From Saprolegnia diclina VS20 (Eukaryota): a stretch of 35,424 nucleotides of DNA. Where the stretch lies: the NCBI RefSeq assembly GCF_000281045.1, contig NW_008246126.1:96868-132291 (forward strand), written 5' to 3'. Each line of letters opens with the position of its first letter. The first letter of the stretch is position 1. A model generated the notes under the pieces. That model was not told the origin of the DNA. It searched no databases and worked only from the letters and a program-made list of their open reading frames with translations. A program made the translations under genes and the position numbers. Of the stretch, positions 1 through 9,682 are shown one piece after another.

Positions 1-1
1 A

Positions 2-256
2 GCCTTACCAATGCCCACAAGCCGTGTCCTTGCCGTCATACAAGACTTGCGGTACATCTATCACTTGCATTTCCGCGCGGACCTGCCCCCGCCGCTGGCC
101 TTCAGGAATGCACTCCAAGCTTTCTCGCCGCTGATCAACGAGCACACGGTCGCTCAACATCGGGACCGGGTGTTGGACCTGCTAGAGCAGCTTGCCGTGG
201 CCTTTGACATCAACGACAACGTTGTTTTGCAAATGGTGCATGAGCTGCGGTACTAG
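2..256 (+). CDS. 3' end of a gene with two tandem diverged copies of the ~50-aa helical repeat module; 5' end is outside the window
   Basis: The frame is open from base 2. ALPMPTSRVLAVIQDLRY and FRNALQAFSPLINEHTVAQHRDRVLDLLEQLAVAFDINDNVVLQMVHELRY* align by eye to ALPAETSAVVAEVQKLRY and LMSAIQTLQPLLTKQAVSAYPSHILDLAVQC..KLRY seen elsewhere in the window. Confidence 0.65.
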   Translation, partial: ALPMPTSRVLAVIQDLRYIYHLHFRADLPPPLAFRNALQAFSPLINEHTVAQHRDRVLDLLEQLAVAFDINDNVVLQMVHELRY

Positions 257-479
257 TACGACAGGTGTTACCGTCACGCTCAGCGTCGAACCGGTCAAGG
301 AAGAGCCTGTTCCACTCGACAAAAACGTAGACTCAATATGTAATGTAGCTTGGTCGAATTGTTGTCAAACTTGGTGTGTGTTGCTCGGGAGGCGAGGTTG
401 GCCGACAGAGTTGCAAAGGTTGTTGTTGGAATGAGTCTATGGAGATATTATTTCCCACAGGTTTTTCCAAGGTTGTCAT

Positions 480-519
480 ATTCGACGAGTTGCCCACTCA
501 TTCGACGAGTTGCCCACTC
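480..519. repeat. Exact 20-bp tandem duplication (ATTCGACGAGTTGCCCACTC x2)
   Basis: Directly visible at 480-499 and 500-519. Confidence 0.9.
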
Positions 520-929
520 GACGAAAGCAAACCTCGGGCGCGACCGTGGTGGCGCCAAGGACCGAGTCGTCTGGCAGCTTGCTGTAGCCAGTGCCACCAT
601 TGATACCGTGTGTTCCGCGACCAAATCGCAAACTCGACTGGGTGAACGGCTGCGCCGTTGGTGTCGCCGCTGCGTAGAGATCGTCAAACTACCCGCCCGT
701 TGCGTCGCCAAACGTGAGCGGGCTGTGACCACTTTTGCACGCAATGAGGCATACGACCAAACGACAGGTTGCATATCCCAAGAGTGGCTACGTTCATCGA
801 GTCGCGTACGAACAGAGCTCGCTAGGCTGGTGTCGGCTCGTTCTTTCGTACGTTGAACTTCGTTTACCATGGTGTCGAGACGAGTTAGCGCACTAGTACA
901 CCGTACTGGAGTACATACGATTTTGGGAT

Positions 930-999
930 GGAGGACCGAGAGGTCTTGGCTGCAAGGTGGTGCTTGTACCGGTATTGCTCCCACCATCGTCCAACGGCG
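930..999 (-). other. C-terminal part of a Myb/SANT repeat, paralogous to 4809-4860; upstream part lies in the N-gap
   Basis: The reverse strand encodes QYRYKHHLAAKTSR (TACCGGTACAAGCACCACCTTGCAGCCAAG), matching EYRYKNHLAPKSGS (TACCGGTACAAGAACCACCTCGCGCCCAAG) at ~4820-4860. Confidence 0.6.
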
Positions 1000-1175
1000 N
1001 NNNNNNNNNNNNNNNNNNNNNNNNNNNNNNNNNNNNNNNNNNNNNNNNNNNNNNNNNNNNNNNNNNNNNNNNNNNNNNNNNNNNNNNNNNNNNNNNNNNN
1101 NNNNNNNNNNNNNNNNNNNNNNNNNNNNNNNNNNNNNNNNNNNNNNNNNNNNNNNNNNNNNNNNNNNNNNNNNNN

Positions 1176-2666
1176 GGACAAAGCGAGGGCGGTAGTGGCG
1201 CTGGACAATATACTCCAAAATCTTGGGTCCGGGCGCGTCGACATTTGCATATGGCTCGTTCCGCGTCAGCACTTCAACAATGACTAGACATGGCTCCATG
1301 ATGCACGACGTCGCGACGGGATTGAAAGAGGTAGGGCGTACGCATCGCAAAGCTGTACACGTCGACGCTTTTCGTATAGTTGGTCGTGCCCATGAGGATC
1401 TCGGGGGCCGCGTACGGCGAAATGCCCATGACCGACTTGGTGTCGAGCCGCGCATCTTGGCGACAAAACTCAAAGTTGCCGATCTTGGCCTCGCCCGTCG
1501 AGCTACAAAACGGGACTAATATCAGAATCTTTGCGCAAGCAGCGGTACGTACACAACCACGTAAACACACTGCGTCGAGAGCGTGCGGTGGATGATGTCG
1601 AGTTGGTGGAGGTGCTGCATGCCTTTGGCCACGTTGTAGAGGAAGTAGAGAATACTCTGCACGTTGAGCGACTCGGTTTGGAGGATATCGCGGAGCGTAC
1701 ACGTGTCGAGGCACTCGGTGGCCACAAACCTAAGAGACGACGCGTCACGTGGATAGCACAAAGCTAAGCGCCGTACATGTGCCCGTCCTTGGCCCCGACG
1801 CCGACGTATTCGAGCAAATTGGGGTGTCGCACTTCGTGGAGAAGCCCCGCAATGCGGCGCAGCATGACCACCGTACGGGCATCGAGGGCGCCAATCGGGA
1901 TCAGGTGGCAGTTGATGTTGCGATGCGACGAGCCATTGGCACTCAAGAGCGAGGCATATCGGACTATCGCAAACGGCTCTTGCACCGGAATGTGCGACGC
2001 ACCCATGAACGTGATGCGCCGCTCGTCGATCGTGCTCTGAATTGCTTCGTGATCTCGGAAGCGGGTCGTGAAGAAGTCGATGACGTCCTCAAAACTTGGG
2101 ACGAGATCCTTCGGCGAACTCGCTTCCAACCTAGGACAAAGGGCGTCACGAATTCCGCAATGCAGGGGACCGTACATATGTCCGTCTATGAGCGGGTTGG
2201 CCGAAGAGTAGCGGAGCTGTTGCACCTTGAGGACTGCCGTGTTCGTCTCCACCGGCAAGACAACGAGACACTGCACCACCAAGTCGATGACGCGGCCTGA
2301 GCACGTGGCAACGGCCGAGTTTGTCACCAGCTTCTGCACACCGTCGATCGCCGCCGCCAACGCCGCATGCGGCGGCGCCACGGCGTTCTGCATCGGGTTG
2401 GGCAGAGCACGGTGCAAATTTTGCACCTCGGCAACCGTCGCAATCGTCTCCGTCGGCAACGCTGCGAGGCACTGCACCACCAAGTCGATGACGCGGCCTG
2501 GGCAGGCGGCAACGACCGTCTTTGTCAGCAACGATTGCAAACGCTGGATCGCCGTCATCAACGTCGCACGCGTCGCCATGTCGTTCAGCATCTCGACGCC
2601 TCCTGCAGTCGTCTCGTTTGGCAAGACCGAGACGCGCTGTCCTGCCGAGTCGAAGTGCACTTCCAT
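1176..2666 (-). CDS. Multi-exon protein with two N-terminal helical repeat modules and a TKL-type pseudokinase domain; 3' end runs into the gap
   Basis: ATG at 2666 (MEVHFD). Modules at ~2561-2409 and ~2360-2208. GT..AG introns at 1730-1776, 1503-1552 and ~1284-1341, and probably an in-frame one at 2131-2175, join the frames into VRHPNLLEYVG..HMFVATE..NVAKGMQHLHQLDIIHRTLSTQCVYV..AKIGNFEFCR..YAAPEIL..YTKSVDVYSFAMLIVEVLTRNEPY..YRP. These are recognisable kinase subdomains IV-X. Confidence 0.8.
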
Positions 2667-4207
2667 TGTTGGCTTGTTGGTAGGCAAATGACCAGAGTGC
2701 TTCCTTTTGTACGGTATGGGTCGCGATCAGTTTGCAGTTCCACTCTTGTGGACCTTTGTACTAGAATAACAGCATCTGATTGGTCAAAATGGACCCGAAT
2801 TTCGTTTCCCAGCAAAAAATGAATACAAAATCGAATTTTAAGACGAAGTTCGAAGTTATCGACGCCATACAAATCGCGACTCCCTGCATCTTTTTACAGC
2901 GCGACTGGTGGGGCGTTTTGTTTTATCTTGCTCTGTATCGCATATACAGGGCGAAATCGCCCGGTAAAAAAACCCAGAGCCAGTGTGGGATACAGGGAAC
3001 CGGTGGAGATGCTCTTAATCAGTCTCTTTATCATTCCCATGCCGTGTGGGAAAGGAGGTGACCGATCGTTTCTTCGGCTCGAACTTCGCCTCAACTTCGA
3101 GACAGTGGACCAGTGGTTTGGCTAAAGGCCCATCCTGGCACATTTGTCGAATTGTGGTTCGGGGGCGATAGCCAGGAACTTCATAGTTAGAAGACCCGGT
3201 AGCCAACATCGTTACCTATGATTTGATCCCTCATTGAGCTCTAAACTCGCCGAAATGAAGGAACTACATATCGGAAACCGATGCCATCACTCATTTAGGG
3301 CATCGAAATATCTTGGCTGTTGTATGTCTGACATCCGGACACTCCATCAGCATCCAGTATCCGGACGATAGCGATGCTGATGGGGTGTCTTGGCTTGACC
3401 TTCCAGGCCGCGTCATCGTCAAACGGCATGCTGCACAACGCGTCTCGACAAGGTCCATGAGCTGGTCCATGTCAACCAGGTCCTCGAACGCAAAAAAATC
3501 GACAATCTCTTCCCGACGTCAGCGCTTCCAAGGCGCCATGCGAGCGTCTCGTAGCCATCATACAACGCAGTACAACGTCTTTCGTGGCTCCGCGGCTCGA
3601 CCCAATGAGTCGTACTATCCACCCCAGCAAGTACGAATGTTCAGCCAGAGATGTGGCGCCAAACAGCCCATACATGCAGGCACGACCGGAAGCTGCAAGC
3701 TCGTACAGAGCGGTGCCGTTCATGGCGACTCGATCGAGTAGAAACGATAGAACAAGCCAAGGACCCTCCAGTCCTACGTCTCCATGGACTATGTAGCTAA
3801 GTATACTTACTATCCATTCCGAGAATGTACGTTATCAAAAACTCAAAAACGAATTTGGTCGTTTGGGCGGCCTTGCCGTTGCACACGCCGCGCATTGTAT
3901 CAATTTGAGCTTGGTATTACAAATGAATTGTAAAAGCCAATCGCATTGCGTCCTGAGTATCATTTTATCCAATGAGAGGCATGTATCAAGCCGTTTTCTG
4001 GTCTTCCTTACCGACAAAATATCAGCAGCTCGTCCTTGCACTCGCCACTGGCGCTGTCGTCGCAAAGCCAACTCGATACCACGTCCATGGTCTTGTACCT
4101 TGATAAAGAGTTAGCGTTCCTAGACCTACAACCTCAGCGTGAACTCTGTGGAACAGAAACCTTCTGAGCGCGGCAATGTGTCAACTTGCCACGCGTCTCG
4201 ACGGACG

Positions 4208-4272
4208 TGGATTGGCTGCGTTCTGGCTGGTTTGCATGACACATCCGGATAAAAAGCCAACGACATCCGGAA
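4208..4272 (+). promoter_or_regulatory. Upstream motif block of the Myb gene: reverse CCAAT box plus TCCGGA motifs, shared with 9271-9360
   Basis: GATTGGCTGC at 4210, GTTTGCATGACACATCCGGATAAA at 4230-4253 and ACATCCGGA at ~4263. Similar motifs precede the paralog at 9412. Confidence 0.45.
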
Positions 4273-4441
4273 ACGGTCTGGCTTGAGGGAGAGGCAAGTT
4301 GATAATTCGGCTGACGGCTTTTAAAATATCAAGCCATTTGTATCGAGAATCAGAACTCGAGTTTTAATTTCAGCGCGAATTTGCCGGAAGTTTATTGTTT
4401 TCAATATATTATCAGGAACTTGATACGTTCCCAGCCACAGC

Positions 4442-5868
4442 ATGATGAGCACAGCATCGCCGTCGCCAGCATCGCCGTCGGCGCCCAAGAAGAAGGGCGA
4501 GCGCTCCGCATGGACCAAGGAGCAGGTCAATGACCTTGGAAGCGTGNNNNNNNNNNNNNNNNNNNNNNNNNNNNNNNNNNNNNNNNNNNNNNNNNNNNNN
4601 NNNNNNNNNNNNNNNNNNNNNNNNNNNNNNNNNNNNNNNNNNNNNNNNNNNNNNNNNNNNNNNNNNNNNNNNNNNNNNNNNNNNNNNNNNNNNNNNNNNN
4701 NNNNNNNNNNNNNNNNNNNNNNNNNNNNNNNNNNNNNNNNNNNNGATTCCCAGCCGAACGTACGTCATTGCATTTGATTGTTACGATGTACTTGATGGTT
4801 CCTTCTAGTGCCAAGCAGTGCGAGTACCGGTACAAGAACCACCTCGCGCCCAAGAGCGGGTCCGGCCGCATGTACGCATTCCGTCTCATTCTACCTATAC
4901 ATCTAATACTGCGACATAGGGCGGATCAACACGCAGGTCTGGGACTCATGGCCGAAGCCACAATGAGCCAGCAAAAGCTTCGATCGTACGACGCATGCAA
5001 GTCGTTGCATGCTCATGGCACTCTGAATAGGCTAAACCCAGCGCTGCAATCGTCGAACGGGTCACAGAGCTTTCTCGTGCCGGCACCCATGCCGCCGTAC
5101 ATCGACGTGACCACGAAGGAGTCGTTGATGTCGGCGATCCAGACGTTGCAGCCGCTCTTGACAAAGCAAGCCGTGTCGGCGTACCCGAGTCACATCCTCG
5201 ACCTCGCCGTGCAGTGCATTGCGGCTTTGCCCGCCGAGACTAGCGCAGTTGTTGCCGAAGTCCAAAAGCTGCGCTACGTCCTCGCAAACCAAGTGCAAAT
5301 CAACATGGCGCCGTCGATGATGCCGATGTACGCACCGGTGCCGTCGTATGCGTCGGCCCCCATCACGTCCAAGCCGCCGCCGCACAGTCAAAACTGGGTC
5401 ACGTATCCGACCCGACCATCTGAAATGCCCATGGCCGGGTACGCCACGATGGGCCACACGGGTCACCCCACAGCGACCAACGCCGGGTTTGGGACCGACA
5501 ATATGCCTCGTCCAAGCGTGCCTTATGGGATGGCCCGCACCACCAACCCCTCATCGACCGAAGGGATGACTGCGATGACCCAAACGTCCACAATGGCGTC
5601 TCCATCAGAGCTGCCCCTGCGAGACGCAGCGCGGTCCCATGTAGGTATGGATCAGGTCGTGTCGTTCACATCAAGCACCCAAGCGTCTGGCCCGGAGGCG
5701 ACGCTTCCGCTCCACACGACATTGACGACATCGACGACGGCACTGTCCGACCTTCCGCGTTCGATGGCGAGCACGAGCAAGGACTGGGACCAGCCTGCGT
5801 CGTTTGGATCGAGCGCCTCCGGCATCCAGTCGATGGCAGCCATCACACCCGCCTCCACGGCCACGTAG
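4442..5868 (+). CDS. Myb/SANT-domain protein with one helical repeat module and a low-complexity P/S/T/M tail (multi-exon, spans a gap)
   Basis: Exon 1 is MMSTASPSPASPSAPKKKGERSAWTKEQ|gt (basic NLS-like patch plus Myb WT motif). After the gap and introns at 4760-4808 and 4872-4919 it reads IPSRTAKQCEYRYKNHLAP, a typical Myb helix-3 pattern. Module at ~5116-5290. Stop at 5868. Confidence 0.75.
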
Positions 5869-6473
5869 GCACGCACGAGCGCGACTCCCCTTGTTCAGTT
5901 GGCTTGGCGCCAGCTGACCGCAGCAGCGACGGCCTCCGAAGCGCCGCCTCGCATCGGACTCTTCCTGAGCTTCCATTTTGTACCAACTAAATTCTAAACA
6001 CGACGTGTTGAGTATGTGCTACAAAAAAAACTGAGTTCTTATTTGCAGACAATAGTTGTTTGCACGAGGAAAGGGAAAGTGTGAGCAAGTGACAACATAA
6101 ACCCCTTGGTGTGAGGCTCCGGCGGCATGAAATGGAGAGGGCATCATGGTCACGGGACCCAGTGGATAGAATTATGTTCAAGTCGGAGCGCGTGGACGGA
6201 CAGCAGTAATTGTTGAAAAGTGTCTAGTGGGCAGTCACCGTTGACAATTTGAATCCACTAGTCGAAGGCAGGCGCTTCATACTCGTCTGTGATTGAGTTA
6301 TGCAAGTTATCAACCTGGCGGTGATCCTGGGAACGTTTTGTATTAAGCACAACAATATCTAGTTGTCAACTAGATTTTACTACAACTAGCAGTGGAAACG
6401 AAAAAACGAAAACAAGATTTACTTCAACAAGCAGTTGAAACAATACATCCTGCATTTCCGAATCTGCCACAGG

Positions 6474-7279
6474 ATGGAGACACCGCTGCGATCCCCGTCC
6501 TTCCAATCAACGGAGGCCAAGAAGCGTCAACACACCGCGTCGACCAAGACGCAGGTTTGTCTCTACCTCGAAAACCTACTATGTGTGACGTCGGGCTCTG
6601 GTAGGACGCTGTGGTTGACACGGCCTATTCTCATTCAAGTGCAGCTCCTGGCCAGGGTAACGATACCGGCGAGGCGTTGATGACAGCGGTCCAGCGGTTG
6701 GAGCCACTCTTGACGAAGCAAGCCGTGGCCGCGTACTCGAGTCACACCCTCGACCTCGCCGTAAAGTGCATTGCGGCCTTGCCCGCCGAGACGAGCGCCG
6801 TCGTCGCCGAAGTCCAAAAATTACGTTACGTCCTCGCCGGCCCAATGCAGCTCGACATGGCGTCGCCCATGATGCAAACACCGAATGTGCTACCGCCGGC
6901 GTCGTGGCCGATGGCCGGTGCAGGTCGATACGCAGCCGAAACTCACTTGATGCACTCGGCGGCGACCCGAAAAGAGTTAGAGAGCGCAAGCCGGTCGCGT
7001 CAAAACGCGTCTGTTGATGTGGTTGGCACCGACGCCGATCGGCGGCAAACGTTGACCGAAGCTTCCAATATGGCACAGCCAGCCACGCAGCCGCTGGGAG
7101 TGCCAACTCTGCTACAGCGCTCGGATGTACGTCCAAAGAAAGCCATGGATCAACCCGTGACCTCTACATCAAACAGTCGAGCCCGTGTGACGGAGTCGGA
7201 ACTTTCGCTCCGTACGACATTGACGACATTGACGACGACACCGCCCGACCTTCCGCACTCGATGGTGAGGAAGGACTGA
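6474..7279 (+). CDS. Two-exon protein with a single helical repeat module; paralog of 14384-15325
   Basis: ATG at 6474 (METPLRSP..KTQ). A 50-bp intron at 6555-6604 joins in frame to DAVVDTAYSHSSAAPGQGNDTGEALMTAVQRLEPLLTKQAV..KLRY. The C-terminal TTLTTLTTTPPDLPHSM is shared with paralogs. Confidence 0.7.
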
Positions 7280-7428
7280 GTTTATCGCCAAAGCAGGCTG
7301 CACTACCTCCAAACACCAATTTTCATTCTCGAAAACTACTTCTTTATTGCACGAGGAAGCGCATCGACGCGACGGCGCCACTTCCAGTACTACTGGTAGA
7401 GGTCGGATGGTTGACATCGCAGAGCAAT

Positions 7429-7533
7429 TTGCAGCCCGTGCTGACTAAACTAGCGTGGCCACATGCCCCAGCCACGTGTCGCTGAACCTCGCAGAGCGCT
7501 ACCGTTGTACAGTGTATAGCGGCCTTGCCGGCA
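7429..7533 (+). pseudogene. Frameshifted relic copy of the helical repeat module
   Basis: TTGCAGCCCGTGCTGACTAAACTA (LQPVLTKL), then shifted GTGGCCACATGCCCCAGCCACGTG (VATCPSHV), then GTTGTACAGTGTATAGCGGCCTTGCCGGCA (VVQCIAALPA). Confidence 0.65.
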
Positions 7534-7544
7534 GCTTTTGCAGA

Positions 7545-9100
7545 CCTGGTGTGCCGTGTACACCCGCTTGTAGATTATGCGCTCGGATCCGACGTGGACC
7601 GCGTAGGCCATCTTGACGCGGGCGATCGTCGACGCTGATGGCATCGAGCAGAGACCGCTATCTTGAAGCTTGCGCGCCGTGCTCTTCAACGCCTGGTCCG
7701 CAAACCGGCTCGTAGCCCAACCCGCAGACCAACCCGCAGACCAACGTGCAACCCAACCCGCAGCCTAGTCCTCGGCCCGGTCCTGGCCCACAACCTGGGA
7801 GCCCGAGCCTGTCGCCGCGCCGTTGCCGCCGCTGTCGCCGCTGCTGATGCCGACCTCGACGCTGCCCCCAACAAAGTGGGCTTCGCCGACGCCCTGTACC
7901 CGACGCCGTGGGCTTGCCAATGCGGGTTCTTTTCGCCCTGCCGCGCCCGTACATCCTTGACTCGGGCTGCACGCATCATCTTGACGCCGACGCGTCCATC
8001 TTCCACAACCCAACGGCATCGACGCTGCGCGTTTATGTTGCCAAGAAGCAGCTCGTGTCCGCCACGGTCAAGGCTCAATTCGCCGCAGGTTCCCGGGCAC
8101 TGGCGCCGCCGTTCCGAGCTCGACGATGTTCCCTGCGTGCCGATTATACAGATAAACCTCCTCTCTGTAGCCGAAATGGACATTGACGACTTCACGCTCC
8201 TCGTCGACTCGAGCAAGGTTTTGGTCATGTCTGGTAAGCAGCCCGTCACAGTGTCGCATCGGACCAACAAGCTACCCGCGTATAGTGCGTCTATGCTCGT
8301 GCACCAAGCGTCTGGCTCGCTCCACGATTCGCATTGTCGCCTCTGTCACCTCAACTACCAGGCCGTCCTGCAGATAACGCGCGATCGTACTGGGATGATG
8401 CATATCACGCGCCACGCGGGCGACCTTGACCATATGCGCCTCGATTGCGCCGCCGGCAAGAGTCACGCTCGCGGTAGCTGCAGCACGACATGGCGTCCCC
8501 GGCTCCGACAGCGCGGTCGTCACGTCGGATCTTTGCGGACCGATCACGCCGTCTGACCGTTTTGGCAACTGGTACATTGTCAACTACACAGACCACGCCT
8601 CCGGCTACGTCCAGACGTACGCGATCACGAAGGAAAATCACCAAGAGAGCACAACGCGCGATTCCATCCCGTTTTTCGAGCGCCAATTCAAGGTCACGGT
8701 CACAGGGCTTCGGCCGGACCGGGGGGAGTACTCGTCCAAGACGTTTCCGACCTAACGTTACCTCGCCGACAAGGGCATTGTGCACCAAAAGACTCACGCA
8801 ACCGCGCCCGTCCAAGGCCAACGCGCACAACAATAGCCCGCTCGAGATCCTCACCGGCTTCAAGCCGGCTGTCAGTCACGTCCTCGCATTTGGCAAGGTG
8901 CATGGTTTTCATTGAGCCGAAGAAGAAGGGCATCGAAGTACGCGGTGTCACCGGACGCATCCTCGGCATCAACACGGAGGCCAAGCCTACGATGGTTGTC
9001 TACCGCGTCGTGAAGTCGCGCCACGTGCAGAACATGAGCCCTTCGGTGCCCAAGAACGTGCAAGGACTGCAGCTCAAGGACGACATGACGCTCGAGCACC
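7545..9100 (+). mobile_element. Degenerate Ty1/Copia LTR-retrotransposon fragment (gag tail, protease, GAG-pre-integrase, integrase); no RT or LTR seen
   Basis: Motifs across frames in Copia order: YILDSGCTHH (protease), ELDDVPCVP..INLLSV, LHDSHCRLCHLN (LWH.RLGH-like), VVTSDLCGPI..GNWYIVNYTDHAS and LRPDRGEY (integrase core), SPLEILTGFKPAVSHVLAFG. Multiple frameshifts and stops. Boundaries are approximate. Confidence 0.8.
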
Positions 9101-9394
9101 CGACGCCACCCAAATCCCGACGACACGACGATCTCGCAAGGCATCAAAATGGGCTCTTGTGCGACCTCCCTGATGTCTTGATACTATCCTGAAGCAAAGT
9201 CATTTGGTTTTTGTATGCACCATCTGTTAAAGTCGAGTTGGCCAGGGCCAATGCTTCCATACTCCCTTGCGATTGGCTGCCTTCGTTTCCTACTTTTCCG
9301 GATAAAACAACATATTTTAAAGTTAATAGATATACTGGATGTTTGTATGACAGTCCGGATGGGAGAATTGTATGATTTGCTCCGCCTTTTAAAG

Positions 9395-9408
9395 TCATTC
9401 TTGAATTT
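9395..9408 (+). promoter_or_regulatory. Oomycete initiator plus FPR core promoter element
   Basis: TCATTCTTGAATTT matches the oomycete consensus YCATTYBNNNWTTY, 3 bp upstream of ATG 9412. Confidence 0.6.
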
Positions 9409-9411
9409 GCA

Positions 9412-9682
9412 ATGGCACCGCGATCGCAAACTGGCGACAGCAACGACGCGCCGCCCAGGAAGAAGGGCGAGCGCTCCGCATGGACCAAGAAGCAGGTCAA
9501 TGGCCTTGGACATATGTCACAACGTCGCTCATATGCGTCCTTAGATCGACGCGCTCAAGGCTGCGGTCGCCGAGTTTGAAGCCAAGAACCCGGGCGGCGC
9601 TGGCCGTGGCAAGTGGAAGGTGGGCCGGTCGCCTTTGCTTGGCCATGTCACTGACTCGTGCCACGCCGTGTAGGCCATTGCC
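9412..9682 (+). CDS. 5' exons of a second Myb/SANT-domain gene (paralog of 4442); runs into the gap
   Basis: MAPRSQTGDSNDAPPRKKGERSAWTKKQ | intron ~9496-9544 | IDALKAAVAEFEAKNPGGAGRGKWK | intron ~9620-9673 | AIA. DNA is near-identical to 4489-4540 around KKGERSAWTK and the first donor site. Confidence 0.75.

Noticed and set aside
448..1473. 341-aa ORF, and other long ORFs spanning N runs (e.g. 9480-10451, 33690-35090)
   Set aside because: Their length is an artefact of translating through gaps. The real kinase frames are joined by introns.
7700..7800. Short AACCCGCAGACC repeats as telomeric or satellite DNA
   Set aside because: Only about three degenerate 12-bp units, consistent with a Pro/Gln-rich linker in the Copia relic.
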